From IMG/VR virus record IMGVR_UViG_3300042908_000811, positions 1-64,000 of that record: a stretch of 64,000 nt of DNA, one strand, 5' to 3'. Shown here in pieces: positions 30,290 through 40,185 of this stretch (position 1 is its first letter; each line of letters opens with the position of its first letter). A program made the position numbers and the translations under genes. The stretch comes from a virus (taxonomy: Duplodnaviria > Heunggongvirae > Uroviricota > Caudoviricetes). The notes beneath the pieces were generated by a model that worked only from the letters and a program-made list of their open reading frames with translations, was not told where the DNA came from and ran no database searches.

Positions 30290-32081
30290 AATATTACCTC
30301 ATTTACAGCTTAACAAAACATCACCATTATTGGTGAATTTGGGTTGGAGTATCGTCTCGTGTTTAAGATCAATATTGATCTCCTATCCTCCGATTTAATC
30401 TTGCTCCGCAACGACAAGAATTCTAAGCGAATCTTTTGATAGGATGGCATTTCCCCTTGACGATTAGGGTTTGCGGTTTCTTTCCCTCACACTCCAATAA
30501 TCTTAATGAATCCATTCTTCTCTTACAAATTCTACTGTTCCTCTTTGAATCAGTTCGTTTAAAATATCCAACTTCTCGTATTCTTCAAGCGCATTACTTT
30601 CTAATAATTGCCTAAGTTCTTTATCCGAAAGATTCTTGTATCCTATCATTATTATTTTCCAATATATTACCAAACAATGTATGTAATTTATTTATAGAAT
30701 TCTCTGAAACTAACCAGACATACCTTATATTAGAAGAATACTCCAGAAAATCCCATGCATCTTTGAATTCTTGAAATTCTCCAATATATTCAACGTCGTT
30801 CATAGGAGTCAAAACATAATACTTTTTCATGTGAAGAATATAAATTTAACACAAGCTGCAATGATTACGATTCTATATATCAATTCTATAATAGCATCAA
30901 ATAAATGCCCATAGAATTCGTAATCACTCATTCTCATGTTTAGGTTTCATTGGAAGTTTTAATCCATGTTGAGCAAAATCCATAAAAGATTGTAAATCTG
31001 TTACATTATATTCAACACCATCTACTGAACAATTCGGAACACTACCATCATTAAAAAAACAAGGAAGCTCGTACAAATACCAAGTGAGCCATCCGTATAA
31101 ATCTTCTCCAAGAAGTTTGGTCAGGAGGAATTGGTTTTGGAAATAAAGAGAATCGGTATACTTATTTTCGTTTATAAACTCGCACAAAGAAGTATCGACT
31201 TCTCTTAAAGAAGACAGATATTTTTCTGATTCCTTGTGATAATTTTCAATATTAGTTACAATTTCTTTAAAATCTTCAAGATAAACTGTCATAATACTCT
31301 CCTATAAATCCCTATCTTTCATTGCAGAATGAATAAAAACGCAAGCAAGTATCAAAGCAATTACATATATCGCTATGCCAAATTGGATTAAAGTAACCAA
31401 GATAACACCATATAAAACAATAAACCGCCAATAACAAGCCACTGACCCCAAACAAAAGTACCAATTTCCTCTCTAATTTCGCCAGAGTTAATTGCTACAA
31501 AAATACAAACGAAAAAAATTAGAAACCACATAACAATTCTCAAAAATCAAAACATTCCTTAGGAATAAAGGCGTAATATTTGTTGGTAATTTCGTCGTCG
31601 AAAATCTTTACCTTTTCTGCAAAAAGAGATCCGTTGTTTAAAATGATATTTCTACGGCGGCAGAAAATTTCTGTTCTCAACCTACTCGCTTTCTTACCAC
31701 CCTCATAGAACTTACGATAAGCATATTTTCGCATTTGGGTTTGAATATCCTTCTTTGGATTAAAGGTTACTATATCGAAAATTTCATATCGTGTACCACT
31801 AGTACCGGGAGTGGAATTTTGACCATGAAGAACAATAAACTTACACATAACATCCTCTTATCGTTGATTAGAATTATATTCTACCGTTGAAAATTAAAAA
31901 AGTAAAGTCCAACCAGATTTATGATCGCAATTCTTCACCCAAATATCTCTCCCTTTTGTATTACAAACAACAAATCCCTCGCGCTCAAACTTTCTCGTCC
32001 TTTCTTCTCCGAAATAATAAAAAATAAAAAATGTAATAATCAAGAGAATGTAAAACCTTACGAGGAATTTATCTTTCATAC

Positions 32082-32630
32082 CTACTCTCCATAAAGAAGC
32101 ATATAAACGTCCGAAGCAACGTCATGTTTAGGGTTATGTTTCCAAACGAGATTTTCAAAATCAAACCCTGGAATTTTACAATATCCTCCTCGAGAAGTTT
32201 CTTTAAGAATATCTATTGCAGTCCTAAAGTCCCGCCAAGAAGAATACCTAAACAAAGGTTCCTCTTTTAAAGAATATTTACAAAGGTGATCGCTAATGTA
32301 TTGGTCAAAAGAACCTCTGATAAAAACAACACTTTCAGAATTGTTTGTTTTATCTTTTATGTAGGATTTAAGAACATCTATCCCTTCTTTAGCAGACAAA
32401 TCAGAATCAGAAGGTTTGAATGAAATATCTCTAGTCAATTTTGGAACTTTGGTATTCCACCAATCCATGGTATCTTTGGATACTGTTCTTTTATATTTCT
32501 GAATTTGTTCTTTGACGTCAAACTTTACAAGCAAAGTATTTTCTACCAGGTCTTCATAAGAATATTTCTCGGTTTCATCAAACCAAAGTATTGCCGCAGA
32601 TAATACTACGGCAGTTTCTCTGGTATCCAA
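32082..32630 (-). CDS. hypothetical protein 182 aa
   Basis: ORF track. Confidence 0.5.
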   Translation of the reverse strand: MDTRETAVVLSAAILWFDETEKYSYEDLVENTLLVKFDVKEQIQKYKRTVSKDTMDWWNTKVPKLTRDISFKPSDSDLSAKEGIDVLKSYIKDKTNNSESVVFIRGSFDQYISDHLCKYSLKEEPLFRYSSWRDFRTAIDILKETSRGGYCKIPGFDFENLVWKHNPKHDVASDVYMLLYGE

Positions 32631-32726
32631 AGTTTCAATGTCGAACGCAAAAATAATACACCCCCAAAATAATTATATATAAAACAAAAAAGGACTTTTC
32701 AATAACAATTTGATTCATAATTATCC

Positions 32727-34883
32727 TCAAGAAATGAAGTCAATGAATTTTTTCAGGAATATTCTGGTATTCACTCTATTACTCATAACTTTATGAAACT
32801 CTTTTGACATAGTTGTAACAGTTTTACTATCAAAACCATCTGATAATGATTCTTCTTTATTCAATAGATTACCCTTAACAAAATAGAATTTATCAAACTC
32901 AGACGGAACTTCAATACAATTATCTCTATTAAATTCCCTAACTTTTGATGCTCCATCTGCACCAAAACCAAAATAAGAATAAACATTACGTTTTAGTTCT
33001 TTGGCGCTTGCTAACCTAAAGGCAAACATTCTAAAGTTAGAAATTTGTTTTGTAAACTTAACACAAGCATTAGTTTCTTGAATTCTGTTTCTCGGTTTAA
33101 TCAACAAGGTTTCTTTAGTTTGTTTGTCTCTAAAATAGATATTTAAAAATTCTGTTTCTATTGTATAATTGCGAGCATATCCATTCTGATTAACATAAAA
33201 ACAAATACCATGAGATTCGCCATCTGTAAGGTAAATACTATTTACAATCTGTACTTTAGTCCTAGTTTGGAACTCTTCAACAACTTTCTTTGATAGAAAA
33301 ATAGAATGATTCAATGGAGTATTACCAAGACTAAACCATTCTGGAGGATATACCTTTGGACCATGCGCACCTTCATAATGACCAAAACTGTATCCATCAA
33401 AATTCAAAAGACAATTACTAGCATATACAAATTCTGAATTAGACATTCTGGAAGAAAATACATTATACAACATTACTGGTTGCAAAATCAGTTCTTTTTC
33501 TTTGAATTTTTTATTCCTATTTGGATAATTAGTAGAAAACGCATACACTTCAAATGGAATATTTTGTTTTCTACAAAATATAAGCATAGTCAGCAATTGC
33601 TTAATGGTATCTTTCATCCAATCAACCATTGAACCAGACCAATCCAAAAAGAATACAAGTCCGTGACTTTGAGACTTTGGAATTGAAGTAGACCGTTTAA
33701 AGATATCTTCTGAAATCTTATATGAATACAATTTATTAAGATGAATATCTCCTGTTTTGGATACTTTTGCTTTCTTTCTGCCTTTGGCGTTCTTTTTAAG
33801 ATTAAATTCTTTAATCAAATAAGACACTACAGTAGAATTTTCAACTTTAAACTTATTATACGCCGTTTGATCTAATACAAACGGCATTTGTTTTCTATTA
33901 TACCAGTCGCTATAATAAGCTGTAGAGAAATAATTAGAAAGTTTTTTATACAAGACTTTATAATCTTCTACATATTCTGATATTTTAATATCAGGAATAT
34001 CTACATATACAGAATCTTTACTAGATTCAGAATATAATTCCTCTTTTCTAATTTCTGCTTCTTCTTGAGTAAATGATTTTAGGTTACTCTGAATAAATTC
34101 TTCCAAAGAGCCTAATTCATCACCACCAATAGAATTAGGTAATGTGCTATTATAGTTTCCAGAATCACTAGATTCTGAGTCTTGTTCACCCTCTTCTGTT
34201 TCTCCAGATAGCGGGGCGATATTGTTAGTTATGGAATCAAAAGGTTCATAATCACCATAAGAAGGTTTGTTTTCACCCAAACCGTCTGATTCTTCTTCAT
34301 ATCTTTTTTCTAATTGTTCTTTAATATAATTTTGAATTTCCAAAGAAACATTAATAGTTTCTTCAAAGGTTTCTGTAGTTTCTACTTTATTCAGAAGGAC
34401 TTTTTCTTCATCGTTGAATTCGATAAAAGAAAGGAATCCAATTTTACAGTAAAGGTTGATTTTATCAATCAAATTGAGCGAAGACAAGTCGTCTACTTTA
34501 GACAAACCAAAGAAATCAGAATTGGATAATTCTTTATATGCACGATAATAAATTGAACGCAAACCAGGATATTTCCGTTTAACCAACCTTTCAATACGAC
34601 TATCTTCTACAACATTAACGATTGTATGATTTAAAGATTTTTTTCTACAAATTTCAACCCAATCAACAGGCGAATTGATACTATGACCAACCTCATGCGA
34701 CAACATCAGGTCAAGGCAGTCTGTAGACAGGTCATCCTTAAACTTAGGCACAACAAGAAGTCTATTTTTGGTATCAAAAAACGCGCTTCTAACGCCAGAC
34801 CTCTGCTCAACAAGTAGGTTCTCTTCAGACATCAAGCGAGCAAGGTTGGATTTGGATTCTGTAAGGTTCATAATCTTCCTCAA
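32727..34883 (-). CDS. CobT-like protein with C-terminal von Willebrand factor A domain
   Basis: 718 aa; VFFLDWSGSMVD MIDAS-type DxSGS motif; phage CobT homologs usually pair with a CobS AAA ATPase (present at 36352). Confidence 0.55.
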   Translation of the reverse strand: MRKIMNLTESKSNLARLMSEENLLVEQRSGVRSAFFDTKNRLLVVPKFKDDLSTDCLDLMLSHEVGHSINSPVDWVEICRKKSLNHTIVNVVEDSRIERLVKRKYPGLRSIYYRAYKELSNSDFFGLSKVDDLSSLNLIDKINLYCKIGFLSFIEFNDEEKVLLNKVETTETFEETINVSLEIQNYIKEQLEKRYEEESDGLGENKPSYGDYEPFDSITNNIAPLSGETEEGEQDSESSDSGNYNSTLPNSIGGDELGSLEEFIQSNLKSFTQEEAEIRKEELYSESSKDSVYVDIPDIKISEYVEDYKVLYKKLSNYFSTAYYSDWYNRKQMPFVLDQTAYNKFKVENSTVVSYLIKEFNLKKNAKGRKKAKVSKTGDIHLNKLYSYKISEDIFKRSTSIPKSQSHGLVFFLDWSGSMVDWMKDTIKQLLTMLIFCRKQNIPFEVYAFSTNYPNRNKKFKEKELILQPVMLYNVFSSRMSNSEFVYASNCLLNFDGYSFGHYEGAHGPKVYPPEWFSLGNTPLNHSIFLSKKVVEEFQTRTKVQIVNSIYLTDGESHGICFYVNQNGYARNYTIETEFLNIYFRDKQTKETLLIKPRNRIQETNACVKFTKQISNFRMFAFRLASAKELKRNVYSYFGFGADGASKVREFNRDNCIEVPSEFDKFYFVKGNLLNKEESLSDGFDSKTVTTMSKEFHKVMSNRVNTRIFLKKFIDFIS

Positions 34884-34900
34884 ATTTACGTTACGAAATA

Positions 34901-34929
34901 ATCATAGCTCACAACAAGAAAAAAGTAAA
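34901..34929 (-). promoter_or_regulatory. promoter TTTACT-17-TATGAT for the CobT-like gene
   Basis: minus strand CTTTACTTTTT...TATGAT then GAGGAAGATTATG. Confidence 0.55.
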
Positions 34930-34944
34930 GTGAAAAATAAAGCT

Positions 34945-34972
34945 TTACTTTTTATTTTTTTAAAAATAGAAT
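34945..34972 (+). promoter_or_regulatory. divergent promoter TTTACT-16-TAGAAT for the plus-strand cluster; the two -35 regions form the inverted repeat AAAAAGTAAAG/CTTTACTTTTT
   Basis: read directly at the strand-switch point. Confidence 0.55.
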
Positions 34973-35035
34973 GAGTATGTACCCCGGTTGAACTATAGAA
35001 TTTAGATAAATATTCTATTTTAGAAGTTCTTATAA

Positions 35036-35374
35036 ATGTTAACTTATTCCATTCGTCATATTGATTTGAGCGATCAAGCATTTGTTGATGAATTTATTGC
35101 TTCTTTACATAAGGAGTTTTTTCGTTCTGATATTTTCGAAGCATCTACGCCTTTATCAATTCCTAATCATTATCATTTAGATCATGAGAGCAGGTTTATT
35201 CTAGAAGGAAATGCAACATTTATAATTGATGGTAATGTTTTTAATTGTTCTCCGGGAGATTATATTCAAATAGGACCAAAAGTGATCCATAAGTTTGAAT
35301 ATGACGGGGAATCTCCATTGAAGGTGATCAGATTTTTTTCTGAAGGAAATGTTTGGGAATCTTATTACGTTTAG
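35036..35374 (+). CDS. cupin-fold small protein
   Basis: GNATFIIDGNVFNCSPGDYIQIGPKVIHKF cupin-like motifs. Confidence 0.45.
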   Translation: MLTYSIRHIDLSDQAFVDEFIASLHKEFFRSDIFEASTPLSIPNHYHLDHESRFILEGNATFIIDGNVFNCSPGDYIQIGPKVIHKFEYDGESPLKVIRFFSEGNVWESYYV

Positions 35375-35383
35375 GAGAATAAC

Positions 35384-35596
35384 ATGTTACCCGTTTTAAT
35401 TATCGCTACATCGGTAGTATTTCTCATATTAATGGGAATATTAATGTTAACATTTTTTATCCCGTTTGTCAATAATATACTAGAAGAATTATTTAAAGGC
35501 GAATTTGCAGTATCCGTAATTGAAATGTTTTTGGTTGTATTTATATTCTTGACAATTATATTTGGCGGATTTGCTTTGTTAGTTAGTTTATTATAA
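35384..35596 (+). CDS. small membrane protein (two TM helices)
   Basis: hydrophobic 70-aa ORF. Confidence 0.45.
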   Translation: MLPVLIIATSVVFLILMGILMLTFFIPFVNNILEELFKGEFAVSVIEMFLVVFIFLTIIFGGFALLVSLL

Positions 35597-35606
35597 ATAA
35601 TTCTAT

Positions 35607-36245
35607 TTGGAGAATAATGTCATGACAGAATTAAACAGATTAAAAAGTGCATTAGGCAGTAAAGAAAACCTCGACGAAATTTCTAATTCTGTTAAATCTT
35701 CTTATGTCAAAAAAGCGATCAATAAAAACATAGAAGATTCAGGAAATCTTATCAAGAAAGGTAAGGATATGTCTAATAAAGAATATGCTGATGCAAATCA
35801 AAAACTTGATAAAAGAGATAAGAATATTAAAAAGGTAATTTCAAAATTGAGTAAGCCAGTACAAGAATCCAAAGACCCAAAAGAATACGATTATGAGGGT
35901 GAAATGGCGAAGAATGATCTGCATATCATTACGATGCACGCAGAAAGAATTGCTGAACTGTTGGATGATAACACTAATATGCCAGAATGGGTTCAATCAA
36001 AACTAACTCTAGCAAAAGATTATATGCAGACCATTTCTGATTATCTTTGTGCAGAAATGAGAGAAGATATGGATGAGGCTTGCTGGAAAGGTTATGTGCA
36101 ATTAGGTATGAAAGAAAAAGGTGGTAAAACGGTTCCAAATTGTATTCCTACAAGTAAGGTTCCAAGAAAAGCTAAGATTAAGTCTGAAGATGTAAGCGAA
36201 TCGTCTGATAAAACGCTTGTAAAAAAACGTATGCCAAAATGGTAG
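35607..36245 (+). CDS. hypothetical charged protein 212 aa
   Basis: ORF track. Confidence 0.5.
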   Translation: MENNVMTELNRLKSALGSKENLDEISNSVKSSYVKKAINKNIEDSGNLIKKGKDMSNKEYADANQKLDKRDKNIKKVISKLSKPVQESKDPKEYDYEGEMAKNDLHIITMHAERIAELLDDNTNMPEWVQSKLTLAKDYMQTISDYLCAEMREDMDEACWKGYVQLGMKEKGGKTVPNCIPTSKVPRKAKIKSEDVSESSDKTLVKKRMPKW

Positions 36246-36266
36246 TGTAGTTGATATTTTTTTAAC

Positions 36267-36301
36267 AAAAAAAGCGGAGTAAATCCCCGCTTTACTTTTT
36301 T
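36267..36301 (+). terminator. rho-independent terminator whose U-tract (CTTTACTTTTTT) doubles as the -35 of the next promoter
   Basis: AAAAAAGCGGAGTAAATCCCCGCTTTACTTTTTT. Confidence 0.6.
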
Positions 36302-36351
36302 GAAGTCTTGCGCTAGACTATAGTCTCTATTAAATTTTTGAGATTTTTATC

Positions 36352-37509
36352 ATGTTTACAGAAGCAGAAAAGTCGTTCGTTTCTATTATTGAATCCAAGT
36401 TCGGTAAAGATTATGTAATTTCTCGTAAAGAAATTGACGAACTTTATTCAGAAAACAAACCCAATGTTTCTTATCCTTATTGGTTAACCAAAGAACCGTA
36501 TAAGGTTGCTTGGGGTAAGTTTAAAGTTCCTTCTACTGATGATATCGCCGAAGTTATTATGCCAAACCTAAATCCAGTAATTGAAAATGTAGTACCAATG
36601 AAAAAACAAGTTCATGAAATGAAAGATTCTACTTCTTTAATACCTCAAAAAGATCCCAATTTTGAAAAGTTCGGTTTCTATACAGACCTGAAGAATATTA
36701 TTAAATCAAAAAAGTTCTTTCCTATCTTTATTTCTGGACTTTCTGGTATTGGGAAAACTTTCTTGGTTGAACAAATTTGTGCAGAACTAAAGCGTGAATG
36801 TGTTCGTGTAAATTTCTCTGTTGAAACTGATTCCGTAGACTTAATTGGCGGACCAAGTTTGGTTGATGGTAATATTGTTTATAATGATGGTCCCGTTATT
36901 GAATGTTTAGAAAACGGATATGTATTACTGCTTGACGAAATCGATCGTTCAAATCCAAATAATATTCTTATTTTGAATGGTATTCTTGAAGGTAGAGGAT
37001 TTTATAATCCAAAAACCAAAAAGTTCATTCAAGCGAAAGAAGGTTTCAATGTAATTGTTACAGCCAACTCAAAAGGCTATGGAGACGAAACTGGTAAATT
37101 CTTATCTCAGATTCTTGATTCTGCTTTTCTTGAACGGTTCGTTATTACTCTGGAACAACCTTTTCCTACTGAAAAAGTAGAAACAAAAATTCTCTCACAT
37201 CATTTAGAAGATTCTGACTTTATTGATAAGTTGGTACGTTGGGCGAATGTTATTCGTAAGACTTATCAGAACGGTGGTGTTGATGAAATTATTTCAACCA
37301 GACGTTTGGTACATATTGCAGAAACGTATAACATATTTAAGAATAAATTGAAGGCGATTGAACTGTGCTGTTCAAGGTATGAAACCCATGTCAAAGAAAG
37401 TTTTTTGGATCTGTATACAAAAATAGATTCTGGAGTGAGTTTTGACGCTGACGGTAATGTTGTTGGTGAAGAAAAAATTCACCCAATGCCAGATGATATA
37501 GCTTTTTAA
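36352..37509 (+). CDS. CobS/MoxR-like AAA+ ATPase
   Basis: Walker A ISGLSGIGKTF, Walker B YVLLLDEIDRS. Confidence 0.6.
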   Translation: MFTEAEKSFVSIIESKFGKDYVISRKEIDELYSENKPNVSYPYWLTKEPYKVAWGKFKVPSTDDIAEVIMPNLNPVIENVVPMKKQVHEMKDSTSLIPQKDPNFEKFGFYTDLKNIIKSKKFFPIFISGLSGIGKTFLVEQICAELKRECVRVNFSVETDSVDLIGGPSLVDGNIVYNDGPVIECLENGYVLLLDEIDRSNPNNILILNGILEGRGFYNPKTKKFIQAKEGFNVIVTANSKGYGDETGKFLSQILDSAFLERFVITLEQPFPTEKVETKILSHHLEDSDFIDKLVRWANVIRKTYQNGGVDEIISTRRLVHIAETYNIFKNKLKAIELCCSRYETHVKESFLDLYTKIDSGVSFDADGNVVGEEKIHPMPDDIAF

Positions 37510-37566
37510 TTTGATTAAACCCCTCGGAATTATAAATACTTAAAAATTATATTTTCCGAGGAGTTT

Positions 37567-38562
37567 ATGTTAAGATTTATTCAATACCTAGAAGAGAAAA
37601 AATCTTCTTATGAAGACAAAAAAGATACTGTAAATATAAGTGATATTAGGGGTAAAATGCACGAAAACCTAGTTCATCATATATTGAACGGTGGAAGTCA
37701 TTCATCCCCTGGATATGAAGCAGAACATGATATATTAAGGCAACATATTTCTGATGAAGAATATGAGCACGCTAAAAAAAGAGCTGCTCATGCAGCAGAA
37801 CATATTAAGAAACATATTATTCAACCACATTTAGATTCTGGTAGAAAACTTTCAAGTATTACTAGAACTTCAAAAGCCGGAGAAATAGGCGAACATCAAT
37901 CAGACAACCCGTCTGATTTGTTATTAAATTTTGACGACGAGAAAGGCGAAAAATCTCGTCATGGATTAAGTTTGAAGGCGTCAGCTAAAAAAGGGAAACA
38001 GGTTCCAGTATCAAACCCTGGTTTGGGTACTTTGAAGAGGTATAGTGGTGTAGATTCTGGTTCGGATTACTCAGAGTTTCATAATAATTTACATAATGCT
38101 TATGGTATTTCTGGAAAAAGTCAAGCGGAAAAAGAAAAGCTAATGAAATCTCACCCACAGTATAAAGACATACAAAAGCGTGGTGGGGAATTTTTAAAAA
38201 GTTCTGTTTCTGCTCACGCCGAAGGATTGCAAAAACATTTTGACGAAAATCCAGAAAACAAAACACATTTTCTCAGAAAAGAAGTATTAAGGTTGAATGC
38301 TTCTCATCCAGTATCAATGGTTACTAGTGGTGGAGAAGGAGAGAATGTTGGTACGGAACATAAAGATTCTTCGCATTTTGATCATTTATTAGGCGATCAT
38401 TCTAAAATATCGCACAGAGTTTCTGGTAATTCTATTATTTTTAATCATGCAGATCATGGCGATTTTGCTAAAATGCGGTTTAAGTATGCTTCTAGAGTAG
38501 GTTCTCCAATAAAAGGTTCTGGAGAAATTATCAAACCGAAAAAGAAGTTACCAAAAATGTAA
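37567..38562 (+). CDS. hypothetical His-rich protein 331 aa
   Basis: ORF track. Confidence 0.5.
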   Translation: MLRFIQYLEEKKSSYEDKKDTVNISDIRGKMHENLVHHILNGGSHSSPGYEAEHDILRQHISDEEYEHAKKRAAHAAEHIKKHIIQPHLDSGRKLSSITRTSKAGEIGEHQSDNPSDLLLNFDDEKGEKSRHGLSLKASAKKGKQVPVSNPGLGTLKRYSGVDSGSDYSEFHNNLHNAYGISGKSQAEKEKLMKSHPQYKDIQKRGGEFLKSSVSAHAEGLQKHFDENPENKTHFLRKEVLRLNASHPVSMVTSGGEGENVGTEHKDSSHFDHLLGDHSKISHRVSGNSIIFNHADHGDFAKMRFKYASRVGSPIKGSGEIIKPKKKLPKM

Positions 38563-38571
38563 CAAATACTG

Positions 38572-38599
38572 AAAAAGGGATGAAGCCATCCCTTTTTTA
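38572..38599 (+). terminator. rho-independent terminator
   Basis: AAAAAGGGATGAAGCCATCCCTTTTTT. Confidence 0.65.
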
Positions 38600-38619
38600 T
38601 TGTCTGGCGTAAAAAACCC

Positions 38620-38648
38620 TTTACTTTTTTTGAGTCTTGCGGTAAGAT
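38620..38648 (+). promoter_or_regulatory. promoter TTTACT-17-TAAGAT
   Basis: CCCTTTACTTTTTTTGAGTCTTGCGGTAAGATAT. Confidence 0.5.
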
Positions 38649-38681
38649 ATATTTTCTGCCCTAAATTATCGAGAGTTATAT

Positions 38682-39113
38682 ATGAAATATAAGAAAGTAA
38701 TTTGTGATGGTGAAGAACTAAATGATTATTATGTTAGTGAATCTGGAGATTTTCTTTCTAAGAAAAGAGGAACTTTAAAACCACTTAAAGTAAATTTTAC
38801 TGAAGATAAATATAACCCATACCCTAAGATTGGTTTGTCAATTAATGGAAAAAGTAAAACTAAGTCGGTGCATAGATTAGTTTGTGAAACTTGGAAAACC
38901 CCTCCTATACCGGAAGAATTACAGTCTGTAGATTGGGATAGTATTTCAGAAACAGATAGAAATATTTTGTTAAGGTTTGTCTCTCACGCAGAGAGATACC
39001 AAGTAAACCACATAGACCACGACATTATGAATTTTAATATTAACAATTTGGAATGGGTATCAACAAAAGAAAATCAGAATAAGTATCAAATTCATAAAGC
39101 TTCGCGTTTATAA
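38682..39113 (+). CDS. HNH homing endonuclease
   Basis: QVNHIDHDIMNFNINNLEWVSTKENQNKY HNH_3-type motif. Confidence 0.65.
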   Translation: MKYKKVICDGEELNDYYVSESGDFLSKKRGTLKPLKVNFTEDKYNPYPKIGLSINGKSKTKSVHRLVCETWKTPPIPEELQSVDWDSISETDRNILLRFVSHAERYQVNHIDHDIMNFNINNLEWVSTKENQNKYQIHKASRL

Positions 39114-39116
39114 TTA

Positions 39117-39413
39117 TTGAAATATCTCAGTGAGATTTATATTATGAAATTTTTTCGTACTTCAGTAGTTCCAGTAATTTGGCGTAAAACTGTAACTGAT
39201 AAACTTATTCCGAATTTATATTCGGGTTTATCTTTGGACGTTAAGTATTGCCCTTCTTGTAAACAATATCACCCTAAAGTGGATTTCTATTTTGAAAGTA
39301 GGTCGAAGAAAAAGTTTCCAGAACAATTGAGGAGTATTTGTATTCGTTGTTTTGATAAACCTAAACCTTCTAATGTTGAATCTTCTTCACTTACCCTTGA
39401 AGACTTTTGGTGA
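39117..39413 (+). CDS. Cys-rich zinc-finger protein 98 aa
   Basis: CPSCKQYH...CIRC. Confidence 0.4.
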   Translation: MKYLSEIYIMKFFRTSVVPVIWRKTVTDKLIPNLYSGLSLDVKYCPSCKQYHPKVDFYFESRSKKKFPEQLRSICIRCFDKPKPSNVESSSLTLEDFW

Positions 39414-39491
39414 TCCATTTGACCTTCCATTGACGCACGGATTGAATCTTGTGCCGGTGGTACCGATTATAACTTACCATATTATCGACAT
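39405..39491. repeat. Right copy of the 87-bp inverted repeat (partner 1-87)
   Basis: identical to reverse complement of 1-87. Confidence 0.8.
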
Positions 39492-39546
39492 TGCTCAATT
39501 ATCTAAATTCGCTAGGGTACAAGACCTGGTAAATTCGGAGATAAAA

Positions 39547-39642
39547 CGCATAAGTAATCGGGGAACTTTATGTTCCCCTTCTGAAAACGCATAAGTAATC
39601 GCATAAGTAATTTGAAAACGCATAAGTAATCGCATAAGTAAT
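39547..39642. repeat. 5 copies of 12-mer CGCATAAGTAAT (39547, 39588, 39600, 39619, 39631), arranged as 2 x 31-bp tandem unit plus one upstream copy; small terminator-like hairpin between
   Basis: read directly; region has no ORF. Confidence 0.6.
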
Positions 39643-39645
39643 TTG

Positions 39646-39714
39646 GGTCATACGACCCCATATGGCTATTCTATTCGGGGATGTTTTTACATCCCCTTGT
39701 ATGGTCATACGACC
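39646..39714. repeat. 12-bp direct repeats GGTCATACGACC flanking a perfect hairpin GGGGATGT-TTTT-ACATCCCC (39677-39696)
   Basis: read directly. Confidence 0.55.
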
Positions 39715-39777
39715 ATCCCATAGCACCAACCCATAACATCTATCAGGAAGTTTATAAAAAGGAAGTTCACCCTCCAG

Positions 39778-39843
39778 CTTTACTTCCTGCTCTCTTGAGG
39801 TAGACTATCCCTACTGAAAGCAAAAACACCTGGAGCAAAAATC
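39778..39843 (+). promoter_or_regulatory. promoter/leader cassette copy 1 (variant with TAGACTATCCC)
   Basis: CTTTACTTCCT...GTAGACTATCCCTA...CCTGGAGCAAAAATCATG. Confidence 0.55.
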
Positions 39844-40074
39844 ATGAACCTTACACCCGAACAGCGTATTGCCCTGACCCACCTGTACGTACAGCACAAG
39901 CTTGAGGTTCAGCAAGATTGGGCACCTAGTGAGCGTGATACACCCGAACAACTAGCAATTGATATCAATCACCGCCATCAGAATGAAAACAGCCCAAGAT
40001 TCACCGACGAGCAATTCCTTTCAATGTTAAAGGAATATGGCGCTCCAGTATACGAACGGTTCACGGCAGCATAG
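39844..40074 (+). CDS. small protein 76 aa
   Basis: ORF track. Confidence 0.5.
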   Translation: MNLTPEQRIALTHLYVQHKLEVQQDWAPSERDTPEQLAIDINHRHQNENSPRFTDEQFLSMLKEYGAPVYERFTAA

Positions 40075-40108
40075 GAAGTTTTTGACCATAGGAAATCACA
40101 GATTTCCG

Positions 40109-40185
40109 CTTTACTTCCTGATTCACTCCAAGTAGACTATCCCTATTGAACAAAAGGGCAATACCAGAAGCAACTGAGGTGATAT
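40109..40185 (+). promoter_or_regulatory. promoter/leader cassette copy 2 (variant)
   Basis: CTTTACTTCCT..GTAGACTATCCCTATTGAAC...GAGGTGATATATG. Confidence 0.55.

Noticed and set aside
39352-39594. ORF 39352-39594
   Set aside because: Overlaps the zinc-finger gene in another frame and runs through the inverted repeat and the 12-mer array; most likely non-coding.
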